A stretch of DNA of 62,291 nt, the filler included, from Chiloscyllium plagiosum (lineage: Eukaryota), in the NCBI RefSeq assembly GCF_004010195.1. It is 4 parts of one record of this genome, joined end to end, with 100 filler letters (N's around TTAATTAATTAA, not from the genome) between each part and the next. Parts side by side here need not be neighbours in the genome. Positions count along the whole stretch, not along the records: positions 15,094 to 28,172 come from NC_057714.1; positions 28,273 to 42,652 come from NC_057714.1; 2 more parts are not named here. The stretch is one strand, 5' to 3'. Positions 24,159 to 35,749 of this stretch are shown one piece after another. Position numbers and translations under genes: made by a program. Position 1 is the stretch's first letter, and the number at the start of each line of letters is the position of its first letter. The notes beneath the pieces were generated by a model that was given only the letters and a program-made list of their open reading frames with translations, ran no database searches and had not been told where the DNA came from.

Positions 24159-25934
24159 CAAATGTCAATATCAATTTCCTGCCTTCTGCCCACCGGTGAA
24201 ACTGGGAGCCAGTTTTGCAACTATGAATACTTTGACAGTTTATTTTAAGCAATAAGGAGCCAATGAAACGATTTAACGTGATCCTGAACTTTTCAAATTC
24301 ATTTTGCTCCAGAGGCTGTGAGGTGGAAATCAATTTGCTAAGTGTCTGATGAAGAAACAACATTGATCGTCACATTCGGGTGATAGTGTGTTGTTTGTGT
24401 GTGGACTTGCAGCATGGCATTGTTGCAATTGTACATGCAATGTGCACTGGCTAGCTTGAAGCTCCTCCAGTCCAGATCTTACCTGTGTGGTTGACAAACT
24501 TAGCACAGTTAATGAGAGCACTGATTGCAATGTCATGTGGACAATGAAAAAAGTTGGATTAAAAATGAATAAGCTGAAAAAGGTGGGAAATCCTTCATAC
24601 CAGCACGAGTACATGAGTAGCAAGTGAAACTGTGCGTGTAGTTTATAATGTGGAGTGATTTTGCATTTCAGATATTGTTACAGATTGTCATTTCTTCATT
24701 ACTTAATGCAGGCTTGAAATGTTAGTCTTATAACATCATGTTGCATTTTTGTCCCAAAAGTGTCCTGACCGTCATTTATGCCTGAATCAAAATCAATAAA
24801 AACAGTTTATCCTCTTATTTATCTCACCCTTGATTTTGGGATCTTGCTGTGCGCAAAATGTCCGCCTCACTTCCCTATGGTGTGTGTTTTAAAAATATTT
24901 AATTTGCTTAAGAAATGCAAGTTTCTCATTTTCATACTCTGTAACCAGAAACTAAGAAAGTGGCATTTAAATGGTGATTGATGTAAGTTTGACCCATACA
25001 AAAACTTACCATAAACTAATAACAGACGAGGCAGGAGAATTTACTCAAAGGGGAAGGTAGCTGTGCCACAGGAAGCATTCTCATTGGGAAATGCCAGAAT
25101 GGAACCTGACAAATCAAGGGTTCTTCTTGGGCAGTAGCATTAATAGGGTTCAATTCCTACTTTTCCTAGAGGTGTCCAATAATATCTCTGAACAAATTGA
25201 TTCGGAAAACATCTAAATCTTACAAGTGTTGTTAACATCTGTGAGGGTGATAGAGATAACTGTTGGAAGGGCCAGGTAGTTAGAGATGGGTAGGTGGAAA
25301 AATAGTGGCATTGTGTAATGTCACTGGTTAGTAATATAATCCCATCATACAGCTGGGAAAACAAATGCAACTAATAATTCAGAATGTACAGCTAAGTTCA
25401 GTAATGGTGACTACAAATTGTTGGGAAAATCCATCTGTTTCACTAACGTGCATGGGGACATCCTGACCTGGTCTGGCCGAACGCAACGTGGTTGACTCTT
25501 AACTTGCCTGTGAAATCCATGAACAAGTCAATTCATGAATGGCAACTGGAAGTGGGCATCAAATGCCAGGGCTGCTTCCCATGTCCTATGAAATATTTAA
25601 AAAAAGATCATTTGGATTGTTTTCTTTGGAGCAGAGATGGTTGTGGGGAGAGGGGGCCTGAAAAAGACACATAGGTGATGAGTAGTGGATAGAAAACAGC
25701 TGTTCCCTTTAGTTGAAGGGTCAATAGCAAGGTGGCATCATTTTAAGATGAGAGGCAACAGGTTTAGAGGAGATTTAAGGAAGAACATTCTCACAGAGGA
25801 TGGTGGGATTCTGGAATATGTTACCTGAACGGGTAGTCAGCACGGAAACAGACCCTACGGTCCAACCAGTCCGCACCGACCATAATCCCAAACTAAACCA
25901 GTCCCACCTGCCTGTGCTTGGTCCATATCTCAAT

Positions 25935-26233
25935 CATAGAATCCCTACAATGTGGAAACAGGCCATTTGGCCCAACAAGCGCATACCGACTCTCTGAAGA
26001 GTATCCCACTCAACCCAGCCCTCTATCCTATTCTGCTACATTTCCCCTGACTAATGCACCTAGCCTATATATCCCAGAACACTGTGGGCAATTTAGCATG
26101 GCCAATTCACCTAACTTGCACATCCCTGGTCTGTGGGAGGAAACCCGCACAGACAGTTGCCTGAAGGTGGAATTGAACAAGGTCCCTGGTGCTGTGAGGC
26201 AGCAGTGCTAACCACTGAGCCACCATGCCACCC
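25935..26233 (-). mobile_element. HE1-type V-SINE
   Basis: Reverse-complement head and tail. Confidence 0.8.
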
Positions 26234-26609
26234 TTAAAGTAGGAGTTCACCCACTTGGCATTTATTGTACCTTTTGTGGTACAGATTTGATGGATTGAAG
26301 GGCCTCTTGTATGATTCTCTGATTGTAGAACTGTCTGGGATACATCACATGGTCGGTCATCGGGCTTCCAAAGAAGTTGACTCATTGTCACAGAGGGCTG
26401 TGGAGACTAGTCACTGAGCGTATTTAAAACCATGAAAAACCTCTGGTTAAACTGTGACTCGAATATGAAAAATGCTAAGTTCAGCTGCCCATTTTAGGTC
26501 AAATCTTTCTATAGAAATTATTATTTATATTTGGTCAGTTAAATATTGAAAACTTTGTCCAATGAGGAGAAGAGATGTCCAGTGAAACATCAAAACAGAG
26601 GGATTTGTG

Positions 26610-27218
26610 ATAGAATCATAGAGCCCTTAGAGTGTGGATGCAGGCCCTTCGGCCCAACAAGTCCACTTAGATCCTCCAAAGAGTAACCTATCCAAACCCA
26701 TTCCCATACCCCATTTCTCTACATTTACCCCTAACTAATGCACTTAATCTAGATTAGATGAGATTCCCTACAGTATGGAAACAGGCTCTTCAGCCCAACA
26801 AGTCCACACCGACCCTCCGAAGAGCAAACCACCCAGACCCATTCCCCTCCATTTACCCCTGCACCTAACACTACGAGTAATTTAGCATGGCCAATTCACC
26901 TAACCTACACATCTTTGAACCGTGGGAGGAAACCCAAACAGACACAGGGAAAATGTGCAAGGTCCACACAGACAGTTGCCTGAGGCCGGGTCCCTGGCGC
27001 TGTGAGACAGCAGTGCTAACCACTGAGTCATCATGCCGCCCCATTCCTCAACACATTATGGGCACATCTTTGGATTGTGGGAGGAAACCAGAGCACCCGG
27101 AGGAAACCCACACAGACACAGGGAGAACGTGCAAACTCCACACAGAGACAGTCGGCTGAGGCTGGAATGGAACCCAGGTCCCTGGTGTTGTGAGGTAGCA
27201 GTGCTAACCACTGAGCGA
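26610..27218 (-). mobile_element. Cluster of nested HE1-type SINEs
   Basis: Tail at 26610-26750, near-complete copy at 26749-27041, head half at 27053-27218. Confidence 0.8.
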
Positions 27219-27569
27219 CTGTGAGAGGGTGGCAGTTCTTAAAAAGCAGAAGGCAAAAGGACACCACAATTAGAGATGTAAGGGATTAAACATGTGGAAG
27301 TGTAAATAGACCGGAGTAGCAGCAGGAAGGCTGGAAAATTGGTGGGGGAGAGGAGGAATCCCACGGTCCCAGATGGAGCAGAGGATTGTTGAGTAGGTGT
27401 GTGAGATGCAGCTCATGGGCATGTCCCGAAAGGAACCCCACTCTGAGCAGCAACTCACACCTTCCCCAAAGCCCGTCACTTCCCTACAGGGAAGAATGTG
27501 CATAGAAAAATCACAGCAAGTTTTCTGTTTGGCAACATGTTATTTTTAAAAATTTATTCACAGGCTGTA

Positions 27570-27899
27570 GAGGGTCACGTTGGCTCGGTGGTTAACGCTA
27601 CTGCCTCACAGCACCAGGGACCCAGGTTTGATTCCACCCTCAGGCAAATGTTTTTTTGGAGTTTGTACATGTTTCCTGTGTCTGTGTGGGTTTCCTCCTA
27701 CAATCCAAAGATGTGCAGGATAGGTGGATTGGCAAAGTTAAATTTCCCCATGGTGTCCAGCGATGTACAGTCGACGTGATTTAGCCATGGGAAATATGGG
27801 GATAGGGTGAAGGGACTGAGCTTGGGTGGGACGCTCTTCCTCAGAAGGTTGCTGCAGACTTGGGCTGCATGGCTTCTTGCCATACTGTAGGGATTCAAT
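27570..27899 (+). mobile_element. HE1-type V-SINE (diverged)
   Basis: Head, V domain and tail. Confidence 0.75.
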
Positions 27900-28354
27900 G
27901 TTTCTACTCTCTGATGAGGGTGTCACTGGCTGGGTCAGCACTTAGAGTCATAGAGTCATAGAGATGGACAGAGGTGTTTTTTTTCTCTCTTTACAGAAAG
28001 AGCGGGAGCAGCAGGGGGAAGTGACGAGTACCGGAGGGGCAGCCGGGAAGGAAAGCAGTGAGTATAAATACTCACCCTTCGACGCCAACGGTCACTTTGA
28101 GTGCGAGCAGCAGCTAAGGTAAGACAGTTTGTTTTAAAATTACTTACCGGTAGCGGGCAGCGGTGTTTTTTTNNNNNNNNNNNNNNNNNNNNNNNNNNNN
28201 NNNNNNNNNNNNNNNNTTAATTAATTAANNNNNNNNNNNNNNNNNNNNNNNNNNNNNNNNNNNNNNNNNNNNTCAGTCGCCTGAGGCGGGAATTGAACCC
28301 GGGTCTCTGGCGCTGTGAGGCAGCAGTGCTAACCACTGTGCCACCGTGCCGCCC

Positions 28355-28573
28355 CAAGATGAAGGTGATAGGTCAGGGAGGAGAGGGTGGAGTGGATAGG
28401 TGGAAAAGGAGCTAGGCAGGTCGGACAAGTCTGGACAAGTCATGGGGACAGTGCTGAGCTGGAAGTTTGAAACTAGGATGAGGTGGGGGAAGGGGAAATG
28501 AGGAAGCTGTTGAAGTCCACATTGATGCCCTGGGGTTGAAGTGTTCCGAGGCGGAAGATGAGGCGTTCTTCCT
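28355..28573 (-). mobile_element. Penelope-like element ORF C-terminus and 3' UTR
   Basis: Minus strand EERLIFRLGTLQPQGINVDFNSF. Confidence 0.7.
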
Positions 28574-28650
28574 TCTGTCTCAGGGCCCGTTACTCACAGT
28601 GAGTCTGTTGTTCAGTAAGATTTTTAAAAATTTCACCGTCAAACTGTCAC

Positions 28651-28729
28651 TTATTCCGAAATTTGAAAAATTCCAAATTCTGAAAACCAGCTGGTCCCGA
28701 GTGTTTCGGATAAAGGATTGGGTACCTCT
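28651..28729 (-). mobile_element. pogo/Tigger-like MITE terminal repeat fragment
   Basis: aggtacccaatcctttatccgaaacactcgggaccag...gaatttggaatttttc resembles the Tigger4/MER46 terminus as recalled. Confidence 0.45.
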
Positions 28730-29296
28730 ACTTCCAAATAAATCTGTTGAACTATAACCTGGTGTTTGTGTGATTTTTAACTTTACGTACCTATGCAATA
28801 ACCTAGTTTCCCAGTTGACTTTAGCTAGCTCTGCCTTCACATCCTCATAGCCATGTCCACTTAAGTTCAAAACATTCCTCTTTGTCAAACTAAATGCAAA
28901 TTTAATCACAAAATCTTCGACTTTCCATCTGTTTGCAGCAATGTACACATTCTGTTCCAGCGAGCCATTTGAAAGTGGATACTCAATCTGTTTGGCCATG
29001 TCCTGAACGCACATTATAAATCCTCATCAAACTTGAAGTGAATAAGCCTCATAGTGGGTCTTGAACCCAGAGCTTCTAGTTCAGAGGGAGGGACACGACC
29101 CACCAGATCATAAGACTCAGGCATCAGGTACCCAGGCACAATTTACAAATCTGATGGACCTTAGCTTGCCATCAACATCAGACATTAACAGCAAAATCAA
29201 TGATGAGGTTAAAAAGCACAATCTGAGATAATCTTTGGTACCAAGTTGTTATTTAACTCAAAAGCATATGAGAGGTAGTCAACAAAAGGTACTTAC

Positions 29297-29491
29297 TTTA
29301 GAGCATCTATTTGATCCTTTACTTCCACTATGCCCAGGTTTCTCTTTATTTCGTACAGCAATTTAGTGCCTTGGAAGCCACTGCCACGTCCGTCGAACTT
29401 TACCACAATGGTGTCGAATGAACTCACCAGTACAGTTGTCCAATCTACTTGGAATTGCTCCGTGACAATCTGGCTACCAGGACTATCACCA
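29297..29491 (-). CDS. DPP6: Internal coding exon (195 bp) of dipeptidyl peptidase-like protein 6, peptidase S9 alpha/beta-hydrolase domain
   Basis: Polypyrimidine tttcctttcttccag acceptor and gtaagt donor. Encodes [65 protein letters not shown] with the DPP4-family DGRGSG motif; GSQ, VSS and GTKLL favour DPP6 over DPP10. Confidence 0.88.
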
Positions 29492-30960
29492 CTGGAAGAA
29501 AGGAAAAGACAAACTCGTTCACCAGTTGAAGTGATTACTTTTATGCAAGGTGCTGTTTGGATGAGGAATGTACTGCCTGAAATAGAAGGCACAGAAAGTA
29601 TGGTCAATATTAATTTTTACAAGTGAATTACTTGGGGAAACATTTGCAGGAAAAGAATGCATCATGGGAATAGGATTATTTGGAAAGCACTGGTACGGGT
29701 TCAATAGGCCAAATAGCCTCCTTCATTGCTATATAATTCGATGATGATATAGCTGAACATTTGAAAGAAAGGTTTATTGTCACTTATTTCACTATTATTG
29801 TTTTAGTTCTAATTGTGCGTGATCCCAGAATTAGTTCCTGATGGTTATGCAGTTAAGTTCAGCTCCCTTATATCAGCAACAAAATTAGCAACAAAATTAC
29901 AGGTCCATGAAAACACATGAACACCCCTCTGTAATAATGAAATTACATGTAATCGTGGTACTGTCACACGGATACTGATCTCATAAATGCCGAAATATAG
30001 CTCCAGCATAAAAACGTCTCAAGATTCTTCCAGTCTAACATTTTAATTCCTTAAAAGCTCCTTCGGTGCTGAATGTTACATATACTTCAAATTAAATGCT
30101 GAGGTAATGGGGTGTAGGGCTTAATTTCCTCTGAGAGCTGTTTTACGCTCTAGCTAACACTTTCACATTAAGTTGCATATTATTTCAGTGCAGTCAGCAG
30201 CCTGCTTCAGGTACAAGTTGTTACATTTAGGAGGCTCTAAAGCATTATTAATTACCTTTTTATTTTAAATTTTCAACACAAAGGCATACACTCTATGATA
30301 AATCATTTTTTTTAATTCACGCCTGAGCACTTGAATAGTGTTCAGACTAGTTATGCATATTTTATTATTCATTCTTGCAATGTGAGTCTCACCGGCGAGG
30401 TCAGAATTTATTGTCCATTACTAGTCACCCTTGAGAACGTGTTGGAGAGCCTTCACCTTGAACTGCATTAGTTTTTAATGGTGTAGGGACAACCACAGTG
30501 TTTCGCAGGAAGTTGCTTCAGGCTTTTGGCAATGAAAGAGCGACAATATATGTTTCCAGGTCAAGATGGAGAGCAACCAGGAGGTTACATCACTCTCATA
30601 GTGAAAGGAGCTTGGACAATATTGATCTTCCTCTGATCGGCAGAACTGCCAGATAATGAATGAATTGCTGGGTTTTATTTTTAAATAGGAATATACCTTC
30701 AATATCATTTATCATCTTGTGAGGTCAGCTGCAAACTAGCCTTCATTCTTCCTTCATAGAATGTTATTGAATTAAAGAGGTCAGCAAATGATCTGGGTCA
30801 CTGTTTCTATTGGGATGAACCAGGCACAGTAGCACCCAGACAATAACCCTTGTGCCCCCAAAAGTAACTTCACATATTGGCTGTATTAATCCAGGTATTT
30901 TTGATAGCCATTATCTTGTGCACAAGGCATTGAATTGCTATTTGTCATTAATATATTATT

Positions 30961-31918
30961 TTGATGTGAACATAGGAGGCATGGTTAGTGAGTTTGCAGA
31001 TGACATCAAAATTGGAGGCGTTGTGGACAGTGAAGAAGGTTATCTCAGAGTACAATGGGATTTTGATCAGATGGGCCAATGGGCTGAGGAGTGGCAGATG
31101 GAGTTTAATTTAGATAAATGTCAGGTAGAGCATTTTGGAAAGGCATGTCAGGGCAGAATTTACACATTTAGTGGTAAGGTCCTGGGGAGTGTTGCTGAAC
31201 AAAGAGACCTTGGAATGCAGGTTCATAGCTCCTTGAAAATAGAGTCGCAGATAGATTGGATGGTGAAGAAGGCATTTGGTATGCATTCCTTTACTGGTCA
31301 GGGCATTGAGTACAGGAGTTGAGAGGTCATGTTGCAGCTGTACAGGATATTGGGTAGGCCACAATTGGAATACTGCATTCAGTTTTGGTCTCCCTGCTAT
31401 TGGAAGAATGTTGTGAAAACATGAAGGGGTTCAGAAATGATTTACAAGGGATGTTACCAGGTTTGGAGGGTTTGAGCTCTAGGGAGAGACTGAATAGACT
31501 GAGACTATTTTCCCTGGCATACTGGAGGCTGAGGGATGATCTTATAGAGGTTTGTAAAATCATGAGGGACATGGGTAGGGTAAATAAACAAGGTATTTTA
31601 CCCAGGATAGAGGAGTCCAAAACTAGGGAGCATATGTTTAGGTAAGAGGGCAAAGATTTAAAAGAGACCTAAGGGACAACCTTTTCATGCAGAGGGTGGT
31701 ACGTGTATGGAATGAGCTGCCAGAAAAAGTGGTGGAGGCTGGTACAATTGTAACATTTAGATGGGGAATGAATAGGAAGCGTTTAGAAGGATATGGGCCA
31801 AGTGCTGGCAAATGGGATTAGATTAATTTAGGGTATCTGGTTGGCAATGACGAGTTGGACCAAGGGATCTGCTTCTGTGCTGTATATCTCTATGACTCGA
31901 AGAATCTATGACTCTATG
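30961..31918 (+). mobile_element. CR1 LINE RT and 3' fragment
   Basis: FADD, WAEEWQMEFNLDKC, RDLG and LRDDLIEV motifs; (ctatgact) tail. Confidence 0.88.
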
Positions 31919-32285
31919 GTCAGGCATCATAAAAATACTCCCCTTCATGTACAATTAAACTGCATAGGAATTGCAGGATGGAAAAAAAACATCAAAGATC
32001 TATTGACTTCACCATCGATGACTCTGGAAGTTGCATGGTAGAAAGATAATAATGTTTTTGAGTCATTACCACAATCAATCTCTGCTAATTAGCTTACAAC
32101 AGATGCGGAAATAATTTGAGGAAAAATAGTGATGATCTTTAGGGAACCATTGGATCATTTTTCCTATTTCATATGTAATGGAAAAATAGGCATCTATAAA
32201 TGAGTACAGAGTACAATAACCAAGAGACTGAAAATGTTTTCATCACTAAGCCTCATCTTGATCGTATGTCTAAAGTAATACTCAC

Positions 32286-32355
32286 ACGATAAGTAACAAA
32301 GGGTACCGGGACTTATTTGAGAATGCTAATGGCTTCATAATTTGCATTTTCAGTG
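32286..32355 (-). CDS. DPP6: Internal coding exon (70 bp) of dipeptidyl peptidase-like protein 6
   Basis: Minus strand tttttcag|ca ctg aaa atg ... ctt atc gt|gtgag translates as xLKMQIMKPLAFSNKSRYPLLLIV. This resembles DPP6 NLPMQILKPATFTDTTHYPLLLVV (recalled) more than DPP10. Canonical AG/GT; the phase-2 end joins in frame to the exon at 29491. Confidence 0.85.
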
Positions 32356-32634
32356 CTGAAAAACATTAAAGTTGCAGTCACTTTACTGTTAACAATGCCT
32401 GTAACAATCAAAGAGTAAAACATTTCACCATGATGATTAAAATTGGCAAACCCGTTGAACATGTCCTGGCATTTCAAGTATTTCTAACAAAAGTTAGTGA
32501 ATAAAGCATGGAGGAAAATCACAGAATAATGAAAACCTCTGTTCATCGTAATGAGAGTAGTTCAGCTCTGTAAAGTCTATCAATCTGCCCTGGGAACTCC
32601 TTACAAAATTTAAAAATCAAATGGACCAATATTA

Positions 32635-32751
32635 GGCTTATGCCTGAAACATTGACTCCCCTGCTCCTTGCATGTTGCCTGACCTGCTGCGTTTTTCCAG
32701 CACCACACGTTTCGATTCTGATCTCCAGTATCTGCAGTCCTCACTTTCTCC
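32635..32751 (+). mobile_element. PLE pLTR 3' fragment
   Basis: ggcttatgcctgaaacattg...gcagtcctcactttctcc. Confidence 0.65.
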
Positions 32752-33529
32752 CAGTATAATATTTTACTCTAGAATGCTCTAGTAAAATGCCTTGGAAAGC
32801 TCTTCTATTAAAAGTGCTATATTAATACATGGTGTTATTTGCTATTGTGCCACATCTGTACCCAAAACCAATTTCTTTGTTCTGATTCAAATCACAAGAT
32901 ACATACAACAGCATGTAACAAGGTCATTTAGCCCATTATAGCTCATCAAAATGATTCTCCTTACAAGGTATCCTAACATTTCTGAAATTATTCTTGGGCT
33001 TTTACTCCACTACTCTACCTCAGAAGATCTGTGTTCACTATTCAGTGTGAAAGAGAATAAAAAATATCATACTGTGGTATAAAGTGCACAACTTCTACAT
33101 ATTTTAAAATCATTTATTTTGGAGTTTTGAATGAGTGGCATATGGGTTTTCTTGTTTAATGATTAACTTGATACATTGTTGCAGCTGTGGTGATTTTGTT
33201 TTTAATTGGCAGAGTTACTTTGTAGAGTCTCATGGCAATTTGCTTACACGAAGTACGTTAATGTGTAAACTAAATAAACAGACACTGCTCTGAAGAAGGA
33301 TGACTGGACCCAACTTAACGCTGATTTCTTTCCACAGACGCTGCCAGATCTACTGACTTTTTCCAACAATTTCTGGTTTTGTTTCTGATTTCCAACATCC
33401 ATAGATTTTTTGGTTTCTTATTTCAAAAGAAAGTTGGTTTCCATCATAAGCTGAGCATATGAGCCAAAGGACCACCTGACAATTGACCTACAATTAATAA
33501 TATTCAATACCAGACACCCAATACTACAA

Positions 33530-33754
33530 GAGCTGAAAATGTGTTGCTGGAAAAGCGCAGTAGGTCAGGCAGCATCCAAGGAACAGGAGAATCGACGTTT
33601 CGGGCATAAGCCCTTCTTCGGGAAGCCTTTCCTGAAGAAGGGCTTATGCCCGAAACATCGATTCTCCTGTTCCTTGGATGCTGCCTGACCTGCTGCGCTT
33701 TTCCAGCAACAGATTTTCAGCTCTGATCTCCAGCATCTGCAGCCCTCACTTTCT
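33530..33754. mobile_element. Palindromic PLE insert with two opposed hammerhead cores and 15-bp TSD
   Basis: About 95-bp inverted arms; cores at 33594-33621 (-) and 33632-33659 (+); perfect TSD cacccaatactacaa at 33515-33529 and 33755-33769. Confidence 0.85.
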
Positions 33755-34399
33755 CACCCAATACTACAAACATATCACACCAAGTTTATTTTACTTGGTA
33801 CAGTTTTCCATGTGTATTCTAGTGAAGATTGCATTAGCATTACTAATTGCTAATCCCAGTTTCACAATTTAGATCGCCAACTTGCTGGAGCATTAAACAG
33901 TCTATTTCACCAACTGCTTTTGAATGACACAAATTGAAATTTAATCGGAAAGATGTTTACAATCATAGGAAATAGATTAAATTGTAAATGAACACAAAAA
34001 CATTTTACACCCAGAGGAAGTGATTTTAATTGACAAACAGAAGCAGAGCAGAAACATTACGGCACAGAAAGAGGTCATTCAGCACATCGCCTCCAAACTA
34101 ATTCTCTGTGCAGCTAACCAATCAGTCCCATTCATCTACTCTATGCCTTTATGTGTGCAAGTTTATTTGCCTTAAGCTCCCTTCCAAATTCCTTCGAAAG
34201 TCACTCATTGCTTTCACTCCTACTACCTTCTGAAGACAACAATTTCTAAGGCATTCCTAGATAGTGTGTAATAAAGCTTTTCCGCACATCACCCCTGCAA
34301 CTTGTGCCTACAACCTTTGATTTATGTCCTCAAGTTCTGGCACTGTCAGCTAAGGGGATGCATTCCTTTATCTACCTAACATAACATCTTGAATACCTC

Positions 34400-34532
34400 A
34401 TTCCTGATGAAGGGCTCCTGCCCAAATTGCCGATTTTCCTGCTCCTCGGATGCTGCCAGACCTGCTGTGCATTTCCAGCACCACCCTAGACTTGACTCTA
34501 ATCTCCAGCATCTGCAGTCCTCCCTTTTGCCT
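34400..34532 (+). mobile_element. PLE pLTR insert with 14-bp TSD
   Basis: ctgatgaagggctcctgcccaaa decayed core; TSD atcttgaa(t/c)acctc at 34386-34399 and 34536-34549. Confidence 0.7.
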
Positions 34533-35107
34533 AAAATCTTGAACACCTCTACCAAATGGCCCTCAATCACCTCTTACTCCAGCTTAAACTTATCCCTAAA
34601 ATCCCTTACCGTAGAACCATGCTCGGAGATCTCTGCACCCTCTCAAGGAAAGTTTTATGTGGCTCTTTCTCATTTTTTGTTTCAACCCCAAATACAAGAT
34701 TCATGTTGTGCTCATCAATTTTTTTCTAATACATTTTACATTTGAAAAATAAAATCTTTGATGTGAATATTTTGACTGAGTTTCAGTGAACCATGAATGT
34801 ACTTCCTATTAAGTTTTTTTCTTTACAATTGCCTGGAGCTGAAAGAGAAAATCAACAGGAGGAAAACTTCTGCCAAATAACAATGCTCAGTGAATAATAG
34901 AAGTCCTGCAATATTGTATTCACTTCCCCCAGCATCTAGACAGAAAGGGAAAAAAAACATTTAAGGCATGCATTAAGTACATCCAAATGCAAAGGTCAAC
35001 TCTCCTAATTATAGAGGAGCCTGATATTTATGTCTGGTCAATCACATTGTTGAGGTTTATTAATGCCTTTGTTAAGGTTAAGAGAAACAGCTGGGGGATA
35101 TTACTTG

Positions 35108-35749
35108 TGTTATAGACTAGGCCAGGCCACTCAAACCTTTCTTAAGCAGGCAGCCCCAGACCATAACTTTGCAATTTGTTTTGGTAAGTGTACAGTGAAA
35201 ATTACCCGGAGTAAGTTAGCGAGGTTGACTACTAGGTTTTAAAACAGACAAAAATTTATTCACAGCATTACGCGATGAAGCACAAAGAAAGAATAAAGAA
35301 CCCCTACAGAACTCAGTCTATCCAAATTAGACTTAATTATGCTGTACTGAATATGCACAACAGTCCCAATAAGCAAACCCCCTTAAAAAAGGTAGAAATG
35401 GAACAAATGCTTACAGGTTGAAGTTAGAACAGCAGAAGGAGAGAGAGTTCTTTGCAGCCTGTTCACATGGTCCCCTGCTGAACTTCTAACTACTTCTGGA
35501 TAGAACTGCTCAGCTAGAGAGCTGACCACTCTCATTTCATTATACAGGTCACTTCTAAAACATGACCATCTTGGCCTGAAGGCTCACCTGTTTACATATA
35601 AACAAAAGGCCTCTCAAAATCCTTTTTCATCTCTGTACCAAACTAGTCACCTCGGAGCTGAGAGAGTTTTATGACACCTCTCTAAAAAAATTCAAGAACA
35701 CCTTGAGAAAAGGAACATATTTTAGAAAAAAGGGACCAGCTTTGTGACA
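35108..35749 (-). mobile_element. Solo LTR (642 bp)
   Basis: TGTTATA...TGTGACA termini, 4-bp TSD cttg (35104-35107 and 35750-35753), AATAAA on the minus strand near 35255. Confidence 0.7.

Noticed and set aside
25005..25065. Possible next DPP6 exon (RLLLVYGK resembles ..VFGK)
   Set aside because: In-frame stop upstream, no YID motif and no donor at the expected position.
29492..29607. N-terminal part of ORF 29293..29607
   Set aside because: Lies upstream of a strong splice acceptor and has no DPP similarity; intronic read-through.
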